64,000 nt of DNA from Gemmatimonadota bacterium (GCA_039586365.1 JBDHKN010000002.1:64001-128000); one strand, 5' to 3'; positions 1 through 10,552 are shown, numbered from the stretch's first letter. The notes: generated by a model from the letters alone, not told the origin. Made by a program: numbers and translations.

Positions 1-812
1 CTGAACTGCTCGACCGAGGCATACCGATCATCTGCGTACAGCGCCAAAGCCCGGGTAAGCACGGTTGTAACGTGAGTCGGTGCCACGCCCTCCAACGCCC
101 TAACGAACGGTGGCGGTCCGGTAAGTCGCTCCGACAGGCTCTGCCGCTCGTCAAACCACATACCCGGTGGCTGGCCTACCAACATCTCGTAGAGTACGCA
201 CGCCAGGCCATAGAGATCCGTCCGCCCATCCAGATCTCTGCTCCCCATCGCCTGCTCGGGACTCATGTAGCCGACAGTTCCGATCGGCAAGTCGGAGTGA
301 CTCACAACATCACCGCCTGCAGCACTGATCGCCCGTGCGATGCCGAAATCAGTTACTACGACCTCGCCCCCCACTAGCAAGATATTCTCCGGCTTGATGT
401 CGCGGTGCATCACATTGTGGTCATGGGCGTAGGTGAGGGCCGCCGCCACACCCCGAGTAATGCGAAGTGCTTCCTCAAGTGAAAGCTGCCGCTGACCGTT
501 GAGACGCTCGCGCAGCGATTCACCTTCCACGTACGGCATTACATAGTAGAGCATGCCGTCAGCCTGACCGGAATCGTGCAGCGGAACGATACGGGGATGG
601 CTCAGCTGGGAGGCGATCTGGATCTCACGCAGGAAGCGCTCTGCCCCAAGAGAGGAAGCCACCTCCGGTCGTAGCACTTTGATCGCCACCCTGCGATGGT
701 GTTTGAGATCTTGGGCAAGGTAGACTGTGGCCATGCCGCCACTGCCAAGCTCGCGCTCGATAGCGTAGCGGTCGGCTAGTGCAGATGTCAGGTGCCTGCG
801 CAGGTCAACCAA
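1..812 (-). CDS. Hanks-type Ser/Thr protein kinase (3' end runs off the window)
   Basis: Not in the ORF track because no stop lies in the window. Manual translation from TTG at 812 (GGAG RBS upstream) gives MVDLRRHLTSALADRYAIERELGSGGMATVYLAQDLKHHRRVAIKV...HRDIKPENILL...TDFGIARA...GTVGYMSPEQA. Confidence 0.92.
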   Translation of the reverse strand, partial: MVDLRRHLTSALADRYAIERELGSGGMATVYLAQDLKHHRRVAIKVLRPEVASSLGAERFLREIQIASQLSHPRIVPLHDSGQADGMLYYVMPYVEGESLRERLNGQRQLSLEEALRITRGVAAALTYAHDHNVMHRDIKPENILLVGGEVVVTDFGIARAISAAGGDVVSHSDLPIGTVGYMSPEQAMGSRDLDGRTDLYGLACVLYEMLVGQPPGMWFDERQSLSERLTGPPPFVRALEGVAPTHVTTVLTRALALYADDRYASVEQF

Positions 813-1522
813 CGGCTGACTCCTTGGCGCCAGCTTCGAAGCCGCACCGGACGGTGTGTCCTGTTCCACTGAATGCCGCGACCGATGAAGACTGCCAGCG
901 TAATCGATACCCGCTAACCTCGCAAACGTGCCATCGGCCAAGCCTAGGACCCGGCATTCGGCTGCTGCTCCACCACCCCCAAGTTGCCGCTGGGCCACAC
1001 TGTTGCTGGCATTGACTGTCGTGTGCTGCAATCGCTGGGCATGCGCCTACTTCCCCGATTCCGTTGCGGATAGGGCGCCCCCCGGCCTAGGCTGACAACA
1101 CTACGAGGCGCTCAGGAGACGGGTTTCAGGTGGAGACGGGACTGCTCAGTGTCCACGGAGTGGGCGGTCGACTTTCCCACTGCTCCAGACTGCCAGTATG
1201 GGCTGAGGCACCCGGCCTCACCGATGCCCGAGTCAGAATCGTTTTTGCACTATCGCACCAATCGCCAGGATTGTCGGTGCCCGTGCGCCGCGATTGGGTG
1301 TGGGTCTCTGCTATTCCCACTCGCCACACAATCCCGGTGGCAGCCACCAATCACCCAGCTGAGGTCGCCCGCCACGCGGTCAAACTGGGCGAATACCGCC
1401 CGATGTCCCAAGGCTCTGGCGTAGTCGGGCCCCTCGCCCCCCGTTCGCACCTCAGTGCCCCAATCTGGTGCCGCCTCGTAGTCCCTGAAGGCTCCGCACT
1501 CTCCGTCGCCCCCCCGAGGGGT

Positions 1523-1633
1523 CCCAACGTTCCTGGGACGTGCCGTATCCAAACACCTAGAACATCTGGGTAGCCGCCTGGGCGAAACAGCCTCCTGGCT
1601 GCGCGCGTAATGATACCTAGAATTTCTATGTAT
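1523..1633. promoter_or_regulatory. Candidate PadR operators (CCTAGA-N3-TCTRKG type, 2-3 copies)
   Basis: CCTAGA-aca-TCTGGG at 1556-1570 and CCTAGA-att-TCTATG at 1616-1630, 60 bp apart. A weaker CCCAAC-gtt-CCTGGG lies at 1523-1537. All are directly upstream of padR. Confidence 0.55.
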
Positions 1634-1683
1634 GATCCGGTCATCGGCCGGCCCAGTACGCTCCAAAGACACCAGAGGCCAGC

Positions 1684-2022
1684 ATGCCGAAAGGCACACC
1701 CGAACTGCTCAAAGGGACCCTGGATCTGCTGATCCTCAAAACGCTGGATTCCGGCCCCCTACACGGATACGGCATAGCCCGCTCGATCGAGACGAAGACG
1801 GAGCAAACGCTCCAGATCGAGGAGGGATCGCTCTATCCCTCTCTCTATCGGATGACCAACCGCGGCTGGATCGAGTTCGAGTGGGGCCTGTCGGACAACA
1901 GCCGTAAGATCAAGTCCTACCGTCTCACCGCCAAAGGCCGCAAACGGCTGAAGTTGGAGCAGGCAAACTGGGACAGGTTCGCATTCGCAGTTGCCCGGGT
2001 GCTCGGTGAGCAGACGGCATAG
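1684..2022 (+). CDS. PadR family transcriptional regulator (acidobacterial type)
   Basis: LLKGTLDLLILKTL..GPLHGYGIA..IEEGSLYPSLYR..Y.LT.KGRK.L; lies before an ADOP permease. Confidence 0.93.
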   Translation: MPKGTPELLKGTLDLLILKTLDSGPLHGYGIARSIETKTEQTLQIEEGSLYPSLYRMTNRGWIEFEWGLSDNSRKIKSYRLTAKGRKRLKLEQANWDRFAFAVARVLGEQTA

Positions 2023-2034
2023 AGAGAAGAGATC

Positions 2035-4716
2035 ATGGGCTGGCCAACCGATAGCTGGATGCGCCTACGGTCACTGCTCTCGCGCGGGCAGCGCGAGAAG
2101 CAGATCGATGAAGAACTCGCGCTTCACTTCGAGATGCTGGTGCGGGACCTCGAGGCTCGCGGATTGAGCCCGGCGGCTGCACGCAGGGCAGCTCGAGCGC
2201 GGTTTGGCGATGCGCAGGAGATTAGGAGGGAGATCTTTGGAATGGAAACCAAGCGAGTCAAACAGGAACAGCGGGCCACCTATTTCGACGAAGTGCGGCA
2301 GGATCTCCAGTACGGCGCGCGCCAGCTGCTCAAGAAACCCACGTTCGCTGCCATAGTGATCGGCACGCTAGCCGTGGGGATCGGTGCCAACACCGCCATC
2401 TTCAGCGTCTTGAAGGGCGTGTTCCTCGACCCACTCCCGTATCATGAGCCAGACCGGCTCACTTTCATCTGGCACGGCGAAACCGACGGCACCTGCTGTG
2501 GCCCGCTCTCCGGGCCAGATTTCCTCGACTTCAGAGCCACCACAGAGACCTTCGACGACATGGCGGTGCTCTCCACCCGAGGCACCAACCTGACGGGTGA
2601 CGGTGATCCCGCCATGGTTCTCGGAGCCAAGATCACGCCGAGCATGTTCAGCCTGCTCGGTGTGCAACCCACACGCGGCCGGTCGTTCACGGCCGAGGAC
2701 GAGCTGGGCGACGGCCGAGTGGTGATCCTGAGCGACGGTCTGTGGCGGAACAGGCTTGGGGCCGATCCGGAGATCGTCGGCACCACGATCGAAGTGAACG
2801 GCGAGCCTCATACGGTGGTGGGAGTGCTGCCGCCGGGGTTCAACGTCCCAACACCCTGGTACATAAACCAGATGCATGACGTCTATTTCCCATTCCTCCG
2901 AGAAGAAATCGACCAGGGACGAGATGGCCATTGGCTGCTCAGCATCGGACGGCTCAAGCCAAATGTCTCGGTCGAGACCGGAGACGCCGAGCTTAAATCG
3001 ATAGCTAAGACGCTGGAGGAGCAGTATCCGGAAACGAACCTCGAGAAGACCGCCTACGTACACTCGATGCACGAACGGTTGGTGGGGCGCGTCGGCACCC
3101 AGCTCATCATGCTGCTCTGCGCCGCTGGGTTCATGCTGCTCATCGTTTGCGGCAACGTGGCGAGCCTGCTACTGGCCCGGGCCACCGGACGCCAGACAGA
3201 GATGGCCATACGCGCCGCGGTGGGCGCCGGCCGGACCCGCATCATCAAGCAACTCCTGACCGAGAGCCTGCTACTCTCCTTGCTGGGTGGTGCCGCCGGA
3301 GTGGCGCTCGCCGTGTGGGCGATGACGTTCCTGCGTACGGTGATCCCCACCGACATCCCGCGCGTCGCCAGCATCGGAATCGACGGCACAGTACTCGGCT
3401 ATGCGTTGGTCATCTCGATCCTGACCGGAATCGTATTCGGCCTGGCGCCGGCCCTGTCCGCATCGCGTGCCGACCTCACCGAATCGCTGAAGGAAGGCAG
3501 AGGCAGCCAGCGAGGTGGCTCGCGCCGCAGCTTCCTGCGCGGCGCGCTGGTGTCCGGGCAGTTCGCCTTGGCCCTGGTACTCGCCAACGGCGCCGCGCTC
3601 ATGGTTCAGAGCTACCTCGATTTCCGCGGGCAGGAGCAAGGCTTCGATCCCGAGAACGTGCTGACGGTGAACGTGTCGCTGCAGGGCGAGCGATACGAAG
3701 ACGTCTGGACGCGCGACAACTTCTTGAGACAGACCATCGACCGGATAGCAACCATTCCGGGAGTTCTGCAATTGGGAGCTACCAGCAAGCTGCCCTTGAA
3801 CGGTGGCACTAATGGCTCGGTGTGGACCGAGGACAACCCCGAGCGCCCGCTGTCGGGGTCGTTCGGACCTCTCATCGAGTTCTCTCGCGTGTCCGGGGAT
3901 TACTTCGACGCCATGGGGATCAGACTCCTGGCTGGCCGACTGCCGATCGCCGACGACTCGGTGTCCGCCAACCCCGGTACCATCATCAACCAGGAAATGG
4001 CCAACCGGCTCTGGCCGGACCAGAACGCCGTCGGCAAGCGGTACAGCTTCCGAACCGAACCGCCCAACTGGATGACTGTTGTCGGCGTCGTGGAGGACGT
4101 ACGGCAGTGGGGTCCCTATCGCAGCGCGCGAGCTGAACACTACCTGCCGTACACCGCGCCGGGTTGGGCGTCGGGTTATCGGATGTACCTGATGGTCAAG
4201 ACCGACGTGGACCCCCTATCAATCGTGGGACAGGTGCGCCAGTCCGTACTGGCGGTCGACCCCGATCAGCCGATCTCCGAGATACAGACCATGGCAGGGG
4301 TGCTGAGCGACCAGTTCGCGGGCCAACGGTTCAACACACTGCTGGTCGGGATCTTCGCTGCAATCGCTCTGATGCTCGTCGCGGCAGGCATCTACGGGGT
4401 AGTATCGTTCTTCGTGGTGCAGACGAGTCACGAGATCGGGATTCGCATGGCACTCGGCGCCGGCCGTGGTCGCGTGCTGGGCTTGACCCTCGCCCGCGGC
4501 CTCAAACTCGCCGGGATCGGAGCCGTGATCGGCGTAGGTGGTGTCTTCGCATCGACCGGGGTGATCCGCAGCATGCTGTATGGCGCGAGCCCGGTCGACA
4601 TTGTGACCTTGATTGCGGGGGTGTTCACGCTCATCGGAGTGGGCGTGCTGGCATCGCTCGTTCCCGCACAGCGGGCGGCCCGGGTCAGTCCGGTGACTGC
4701 GCTGAGGACAGAGTAG
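2035..4716 (+). CDS. ADOP-type duplicated orphan ABC permease (MacB_PCD/FtsX repeats)
   Basis: 893 aa; N-terminal permease-prefix segment, GIGANTAIFS, LIVCGNVASLLLAR, EIGIRMALGA, C-terminal RVSPVTALRTE; no ATPase gene adjacent. Confidence 0.92.
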   Translation: MGWPTDSWMRLRSLLSRGQREKQIDEELALHFEMLVRDLEARGLSPAAARRAARARFGDAQEIRREIFGMETKRVKQEQRATYFDEVRQDLQYGARQLLKKPTFAAIVIGTLAVGIGANTAIFSVLKGVFLDPLPYHEPDRLTFIWHGETDGTCCGPLSGPDFLDFRATTETFDDMAVLSTRGTNLTGDGDPAMVLGAKITPSMFSLLGVQPTRGRSFTAEDELGDGRVVILSDGLWRNRLGADPEIVGTTIEVNGEPHTVVGVLPPGFNVPTPWYINQMHDVYFPFLREEIDQGRDGHWLLSIGRLKPNVSVETGDAELKSIAKTLEEQYPETNLEKTAYVHSMHERLVGRVGTQLIMLLCAAGFMLLIVCGNVASLLLARATGRQTEMAIRAAVGAGRTRIIKQLLTESLLLSLLGGAAGVALAVWAMTFLRTVIPTDIPRVASIGIDGTVLGYALVISILTGIVFGLAPALSASRADLTESLKEGRGSQRGGSRRSFLRGALVSGQFALALVLANGAALMVQSYLDFRGQEQGFDPENVLTVNVSLQGERYEDVWTRDNFLRQTIDRIATIPGVLQLGATSKLPLNGGTNGSVWTEDNPERPLSGSFGPLIEFSRVSGDYFDAMGIRLLAGRLPIADDSVSANPGTIINQEMANRLWPDQNAVGKRYSFRTEPPNWMTVVGVVEDVRQWGPYRSARAEHYLPYTAPGWASGYRMYLMVKTDVDPLSIVGQVRQSVLAVDPDQPISEIQTMAGVLSDQFAGQRFNTLLVGIFAAIALMLVAAGIYGVVSFFVVQTSHEIGIRMALGAGRGRVLGLTLARGLKLAGIGAVIGVGGVFASTGVIRSMLYGASPVDIVTLIAGVFTLIGVGVLASLVPAQRAARVSPVTALRTE

Positions 4717-4792
4717 GGCGGCCGGGGGTCAGCGGTCAGCTGTCTCTCCAGGCCCCCGCAAGTCGATCGTTCGATCCCTCGTTCATGCCGTA

Positions 4793-4836
4793 GGAGGCGT
4801 TGGCGATCCGACTCCGTCGGATGAGCCTTCGCCTCC
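4793..4836. terminator. Long hairpin between convergent genes (possible terminator)
   Basis: GGAGGCG (4793-4799) / CGCCTCC (4830-4836) enclosing ATCCGAC-tcc-GTCGGAT; no clear U-tract. Confidence 0.45.
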
Positions 4837-4842
4837 GAGCCT

Positions 4843-5364
4843 TCACATGCTCCCTTGGCTCGACGGCGGTACCATGCCCTTCAACCGCATGTAGGTCACG
4901 ACGTTGCCGTAGTGCTCCATGTCATGGGCCACGTCGAACATCAGCACCCAGAGCCGGCTTCCCGTTTGCCCGAAGAAAGTTACATCCTCCAGAGCCTTCG
5001 TCTCAGACATCTGGAACGCCGAGTCGCAGTATTCGAACGAGGCTTTGACGCCGGCCACCAGGTCGGCCTTGGACGTGGTCTTTTCGTAGTCAGTCCCGTT
5101 TGGGTTGTCCTCGCCCGTGGCTCCGGCACAGAAGAGGTAGTTGGCGTTGGCCACGTGCCCCATCAGCTCACCGAAACTGCGGACCTCGGGTGTCGGCTTG
5201 AAGCTGTAGTGCTCCTCGGGCACCTGTTCCGCCGATCGGATCAACCAGCCCTTCACGTTCTCGTACAAAGGCCGGACCGACGCCATGCCGGCATTGCTCT
5301 GGGCAACGGCGGGCACTGGGATCGCCCCTAGGGCAAGAGCGATAACGAGATGGTGAGTTTTCAT
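4843..5364 (-). CDS. DinB family protein with signal peptide
   Basis: Start MKTHHLV after GAGGAG RBS; FKPTPEVRSFGELMGHVA and HDMEHYGNVVTYMRLKGMVPPSS motifs. Confidence 0.85.
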   Translation of the reverse strand: MKTHHLVIALALGAIPVPAVAQSNAGMASVRPLYENVKGWLIRSAEQVPEEHYSFKPTPEVRSFGELMGHVANANYLFCAGATGEDNPNGTDYEKTTSKADLVAGVKASFEYCDSAFQMSETKALEDVTFFGQTGSRLWVLMFDVAHDMEHYGNVVTYMRLKGMVPPSSQGSM

Positions 5365-5630
5365 TCGACTCCTCCTCGGTGATTGAACGGAACAGAGCCA
5401 TTTGGGCAACTCTGGCAACGTGACCGCCAGATGCCTATCACACGCCGCAAAGTACGGACACGAGTCTGATAGAAGTTTCAGTCATCCGACGGTTCCCGGC
5501 GTCGCAGCGGGTGCATTGATCGGGAAGTGCCGTGTTGCGACAGTCCAGTGACTTGTTCACCGGAGTTCGGTGACTCCTTTGGTTCTTGGTTAGGAAATTA
5601 TAGGGGAGGTGACCGTTTCGGCCAGGATGG

Positions 5631-6536
5631 TTAACGGGGTTGACGGTCAGTTTCCTCTAACTCCTCAATCGACTGCGGCCAATCATCCCGCAATAACCGC
5701 GACAGCGCTCGATCCCGGAGCAGTCTCCCCTCGGTCTGGCAGACTGGGCAGTAGTTGGTCTCATTGCTCGCGTACACAATGCGTTGCACCGTCGCGCCAC
5801 ATTCAGGGCAAGGCTCTCCGAACTTGCCGTGCACTGCCATCTCGGGCCGAAACACGGTGATCTTGTCGGGAAATCGTGTCCCCGTATCCTGCTTCAACCG
5901 TTCCACCCAAGTGCCCAACGTGGCACGGCTAGCGTCGAAGAGCCGCGCAACCTCACCGTCGTTCAGGCTCTGTGTGCGCTTGAACGGGGACAGTCGAGCA
6001 GCATGCAGGATCTCATCGGAGTAGGCATTGCCTATGCCACTGAACAACCTCGGATCACACAACGCCCGCTTGACCGAGTGATTGCCGGCGCCGAGACGCG
6101 TGGCGAATTCCTCGATGCTGATCTGAAGTACTTCGAGGCCACCACGATCGTGTTCGCTGAGTGCGTCTTCACCTCGCACAACGTGGAGCGACGCGCGTCT
6201 CTTCTTGCCTGCTTCAGTCAGCAACATGGCACCGCTAGTGAACTCAAATAGGGCAAGGCCCGCCTTGGGGGGCACCTTGGCCCCAGCATCCTTCCACCTG
6301 AGCCTGCCGGCGATCATGAGGTGGAGCACCAGGTAGAGCTCATCTTCGACCTCGAACACGATCCGCTTGCCCAGCCGTCGCAGCCCCACGACTGGGCGAC
6401 CGAAGACTACGTCTAGTTTGGGTTCGACCGATCGTAGTACAAACGGATTGCGCAATACCACACGCTCAAGTATGTGTCCGACGGTCCGGCGATGCAGCGC
6501 GTCGAGGTATAGCTCGATGTCAGGAAGTTCGGGCAT
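5631..6536 (-). CDS. Fpg/Nei family DNA glycosylase/AP lyase
   Basis: Start MPELPDIE, LHLMIAG, H2TH motif GIGNAYSDEIL, zinc finger CPEC...CPVC. Confidence 0.92.
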   Translation of the reverse strand: MPELPDIELYLDALHRRTVGHILERVVLRNPFVLRSVEPKLDVVFGRPVVGLRRLGKRIVFEVEDELYLVLHLMIAGRLRWKDAGAKVPPKAGLALFEFTSGAMLLTEAGKKRRASLHVVRGEDALSEHDRGGLEVLQISIEEFATRLGAGNHSVKRALCDPRLFSGIGNAYSDEILHAARLSPFKRTQSLNDGEVARLFDASRATLGTWVERLKQDTGTRFPDKITVFRPEMAVHGKFGEPCPECGATVQRIVYASNETNYCPVCQTEGRLLRDRALSRLLRDDWPQSIEELEETDRQPR

Positions 6537-6576
6537 AGGAGCGAAGAAAGGGGGAAAAGTATGGCCGCCCAGCCTG

Positions 6577-9500
6577 CTAAGTTGTCTCCTCGCACCATTC
6601 CTTGGCGTTCTGGAAGATCTTGAGCCAAGGTGATGCATGGAGCTCCCGCTTCCACTCTTCCGGCATCCAGCCCCACTGCCACAGCAGAAATGTCCTTTCC
6701 GGATGTGGCATGAGTGCAAGATGACGTCCGTCGGGCGAGCAAAGAGCTGTAATTCCGCGAGTTGATCCGTTTGGATTGAAGGGGTACGCATCCGTGACCT
6801 GGTTCTCATCGTCGACGAAGCGAATTGGCGCAAGCCCCTCTTGCTCGATCTGGTCGAGCACGGACTGATGCGGAAAGAAAGACTGCCCTTCACCGTGAGC
6901 CACCCAGACGCCGAGCGTGGATCCAGCCATGCCGCGGAGCATTATCGCCGGGCTGTCCTGGATTCGTACAGTAGCGAAGCGTGACTCGAACCGGCCGGAA
7001 GCGTTGCGGATGAAGCGGGGTTGCAGCTCATCGGTGATTCCCTGCCAGGGTACCCAACCGAGCAGCGCAAGCAGCTGGCAGCCGTTGCAGACGCCGAGCG
7101 AAAACGTGTCGGTTCGCCCGCAGAACTTCTGGAACTGCTCCCTCAGACCATCGTTGAAACGAATGACCCCCGCCCAGCCCTTCGCCGAGTCGAGCACGTC
7201 TGCGTAGCTGAACCCGCCAACGAAGACGACTCCGCGGAAACTCTCGAGGGTGATCTTTCCCGCCAACAAATCGGACATCGCCACGTCCCAAGGGTCGAAC
7301 CCGGCGGCGAAGAATGCGGAGGCCATCTCGCGGTCGCCGTTGCTACCTTCCTCTCGCACGATCGCCACCCGCGGCTTGTCGGCACACTCGAGCACGGCCG
7401 GAGGCGTTGGTGCCGGAGTGTATGAGAGATGGTATTTCGGGCCACGCCGCTCGCGGAGACCGGCGCGTTCCTGTGCAACGCAATCCGGATTCGCCTGCAG
7501 CCGCTCGATCTCGAAGCCGGTCGCCTCCCACACGTCTCTCAGGTCGCGCATGTCGGCGGCGAGCACCTCTTCGAAGCAACAGCGTATGGATACCGAGGTC
7601 TCAGCCACCACGCTGCCGATCGCTGCGCAAGGTACGTTGGCCCTCTCGAATGCATCGAGAGCTCTGCGCTCGTGCTCCGGACTCACCTCCAGTACCAGAC
7701 CTAGCTCCTCGGCGAACAGGAACTGCAGGCGGTCCACACCAGCCGTGTCCAGGTTCACGTCGATGCCGCAGTTTCCGGCGAAAGCCATTTCGAGCAGCGC
7801 CGTTAACAGGCCACCGTCACTTCGGTCGTGACCGGCCCGTACTACTCCTGCCTCGATCAACTCCTGGGTGGCGTTGAATGCGCGCTCCAAAATCGATGCG
7901 TCGTCCACGTCGGGCGGTTCGTCGCCCAGTTGCTCGAACACCTGCGCCAGTGCCGACCCGCCGAGACGGTGCTTGCCGCCACCGAGATCGACGTAGAGCA
8001 GTCGCCCCTCGCCGGGGAGCTTGAAATCAGGCGTGACCGTCTTGGTCACATCGGGGCAGGTGACGTACGCCGAAATGGTGAGCTCACCCGGGGCCTTCAC
8101 CGTCTCGTCCGCACCCAATTCGTCGGGCGCGTGCGCTGCCATGGAGAGGCTGTCCTTCCCACCGTCTATGGCGATGCCGAGTGCGAGCAAAATCTCGCGC
8201 AACGCTTCGGCCGCGTCGTAGAGGGCGGCTCCCTCACCCGGCAACTTTGCGGCCCACATCCAGTTGCCCGAGCACTTCACATCCTCGAGCGCACTCACCC
8301 GTGCCCACACCAGGTTGGTTAGCGCCTCGCCGACAGCCATGCGTGCCATGGCGGCCGGATCCAGCAGGCCCTTGATCGGCTGCTCACCGATCGCGGTAGC
8401 CGCACCCGTGGCGCTGAAGTGGCTCTGCGCAATCACCGCTACGTCTGCAACCGTTAGCTGGAGCGGACCCACGCACTGCTGCCGCGCCACGAGACCCGTG
8501 ACACTGCGGTCGACCTTCGTGGTTAGGAACCGCTTCGACCCCACCGAGAGGAGCCTGAGCACCCGATCGAGTGCTTCTTTGACCGTGAGTCCCTCCGGCA
8601 ACGTGAGCGGCTCTAATCGGGGGGGGATACGCTGCAACTCGAACGTCTTTTGAGGCATGGCGCCAAGCACCGTGGCGAGTTCGAGGTTTACCGGTGTCGA
8701 GCCGTCCTGTTCGTCGTGCAGCACGATCCTGCCGTCTCCAGTGAGACGCCCGACGAAGGCAGCGGGTACCTTCTCACGCTCGCACAGGGCGTTGAACAGC
8801 TCCGCGTGCTCCGGCCGGAGCAGCAGTGCGTCGTCTTCTTGGTACTCCGCACCCCAGATCTCGAGCACCGACAGCGTCTCGTCGCCGACCGGGATGGCTC
8901 GCACCTCTATCTGTGCACCTGCAGGGTTTACGATTTCCTTAAGCACGTTGCAGTTCCCACCTGCGCCCTGGTCGTGGATGCTCACGATCGGATTGCGCTC
9001 GCCCAGCTCGACGCAGGCCCGGATGACCCGGTTCACCTTCTGCTCCATCTCCGCGTCGCCCCGCTGCACCGCATTGAAATCGAGCTCGGCGATGTTCTCG
9101 CCCTGCACCATACTCGACGCAGCACCACCGCCCATACCAATCCGGTAGGCAGGTCCGCCGATCTTGACGACCCACATCCCCTTCTCGGGCTCGTTCTTCT
9201 CGACGTGCCGCGCATCTATCTGGCCGATTCCGCCGCTGAACATGATTGGCTTTATCCACTCGCGGCGCTCGCCGTTCGGGAGCCGCATGCCGAAGCTGCG
9301 CGTGTATCCCTGGATGACCGGCTCCCCGAAACAGTTGCCGTAGTCGGATGCGCCGTTGCTCGCCTCGATCTCTATCTGGAGCGGCGAGGCGAGATTACCG
9401 GAATACGCGAAGCCAGGATCTTCCCATGGCAACTCGTAGCCGGCGATCTGGAGATTGCCGACGCAATAGGCTGCGGTACCCGCCACCACGAGAGACCCTC

Positions 9501-10494
9501 GACCCGTAGCGTGAACATCGCGAATGCGACCGCCTGTACCGGTTTCCGCACCCGGGAACGGCGCCACTCCCGACGGGAAGTTGTGCGTCTCGGCGGTGAA
9601 GATGATATCGTAGTTCAGGTCCACCGCCACCAAGCGACAAGGGTCACCGACGCGCGCCGGCACGATTGACCTGATCGGGTAGCCGCGGATCGCACTCGAG
9701 TTGTCCTTGAAGGCGATGACGCTGTTGTTGCGGTTCGCAACGAGCGGATCCTCGATCATCGCGATCAGGTGTTTCGGTGCCTCGACGCCGTCGATGATGA
9801 GCCGGCCCTTGAAGAACCAGTGTCGTGAATGTTCGCTGTTTGACTGGGCGATGTCGAAACACTCGACGTTGGTCGGATTACGTCCGACCTGATCGACGAA
9901 CAACCGCGTGTAGTAGTCGAGATCCCATTCGTCGAACGCCAGGCCCATCTCTCGGTTCACCCGCTCGAGCGCTGCCCTTCCCTCCTCCATGACCGGAATC
10001 TCGAACGTGAGCTCCGGTTCCACCCCGGTCTCGAACGACGTCAAGGGCTCGCGGTAGCGACACTCGGTCATCCGGTCGTGCACCAGCACAAGGAACGCGT
10101 TCTGCTGCTCCTCGGTGAGCGGCCGCGCCGCGTCGACGAGGTAACGCCTCGAGCGCTCTATGCGCTCGACCCTCGTGAGCCCGCAGGAGTTGCACACCGA
10201 GACCGCGTTGGTGGACCAGGCAGTAGTGAAGCTCATCCGCGGCCCTACCTCAAGCACCGCTCCGTCCAGGAATGAAGTGTCCCCGAACTGCTCGGGCTCG
10301 AACGTCTCCGCCAGCAACCAAGTGAGCGTGTCGAGGTCCCCTGACGTCAGCTCACTGGTCACAGCTATGTTGTAGCAGTACTCGCTGCCGATGTCCCGAA
10401 TGGTGGACGACACACGCTCCCGGGCTGTTTGAACCAGGGAGCGCTTCTCGGCCTCCGGCAGGCCCGGCTTGCGATATAAGTGGATCAGACTCAT
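6577..10494 (-). CDS. purL: Phosphoribosylformylglycinamidine synthase, large fused type
   Basis: 1305 aa; SEHSRH, ETHNFP, DGGKDSLSM, glutaminase GVCNGCQ and MPHPER. Confidence 0.97.
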   Translation of the reverse strand: MSLIHLYRKPGLPEAEKRSLVQTARERVSSTIRDIGSEYCYNIAVTSELTSGDLDTLTWLLAETFEPEQFGDTSFLDGAVLEVGPRMSFTTAWSTNAVSVCNSCGLTRVERIERSRRYLVDAARPLTEEQQNAFLVLVHDRMTECRYREPLTSFETGVEPELTFEIPVMEEGRAALERVNREMGLAFDEWDLDYYTRLFVDQVGRNPTNVECFDIAQSNSEHSRHWFFKGRLIIDGVEAPKHLIAMIEDPLVANRNNSVIAFKDNSSAIRGYPIRSIVPARVGDPCRLVAVDLNYDIIFTAETHNFPSGVAPFPGAETGTGGRIRDVHATGRGSLVVAGTAAYCVGNLQIAGYELPWEDPGFAYSGNLASPLQIEIEASNGASDYGNCFGEPVIQGYTRSFGMRLPNGERREWIKPIMFSGGIGQIDARHVEKNEPEKGMWVVKIGGPAYRIGMGGGAASSMVQGENIAELDFNAVQRGDAEMEQKVNRVIRACVELGERNPIVSIHDQGAGGNCNVLKEIVNPAGAQIEVRAIPVGDETLSVLEIWGAEYQEDDALLLRPEHAELFNALCEREKVPAAFVGRLTGDGRIVLHDEQDGSTPVNLELATVLGAMPQKTFELQRIPPRLEPLTLPEGLTVKEALDRVLRLLSVGSKRFLTTKVDRSVTGLVARQQCVGPLQLTVADVAVIAQSHFSATGAATAIGEQPIKGLLDPAAMARMAVGEALTNLVWARVSALEDVKCSGNWMWAAKLPGEGAALYDAAEALREILLALGIAIDGGKDSLSMAAHAPDELGADETVKAPGELTISAYVTCPDVTKTVTPDFKLPGEGRLLYVDLGGGKHRLGGSALAQVFEQLGDEPPDVDDASILERAFNATQELIEAGVVRAGHDRSDGGLLTALLEMAFAGNCGIDVNLDTAGVDRLQFLFAEELGLVLEVSPEHERRALDAFERANVPCAAIGSVVAETSVSIRCCFEEVLAADMRDLRDVWEATGFEIERLQANPDCVAQERAGLRERRGPKYHLSYTPAPTPPAVLECADKPRVAIVREEGSNGDREMASAFFAAGFDPWDVAMSDLLAGKITLESFRGVVFVGGFSYADVLDSAKGWAGVIRFNDGLREQFQKFCGRTDTFSLGVCNGCQLLALLGWVPWQGITDELQPRFIRNASGRFESRFATVRIQDSPAIMLRGMAGSTLGVWVAHGEGQSFFPHQSVLDQIEQEGLAPIRFVDDENQVTDAYPFNPNGSTRGITALCSPDGRHLALMPHPERTFLLWQWGWMPEEWKRELHASPWLKIFQNAKEWCEETT

Positions 10495-10552
10495 ATGGTG
10501 TTGAGAGTGGTGTGTTCGAATCCCCGTTCGATGAGGTCGAGCGGCAGGAATC

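Noticed and set aside
1100..1150. TPP-riboswitch-like fragments (CTGAG...CCCGT...ACCTGA) on the minus strand
   Set aside because: Core stems are incomplete and no thiamine gene is nearby
5365..5418. ORF-track start MPELPKW on the DinB gene, echoing the Fpg N-terminus
   Set aside because: Similarity is five residues only; the RBS supports the start at 5364
5438..5560. 40-aa Cys-containing ORF on the minus strand (MNKSLDCRN...CTRC)
   Set aside because: RBS is too distant and no recognisable family
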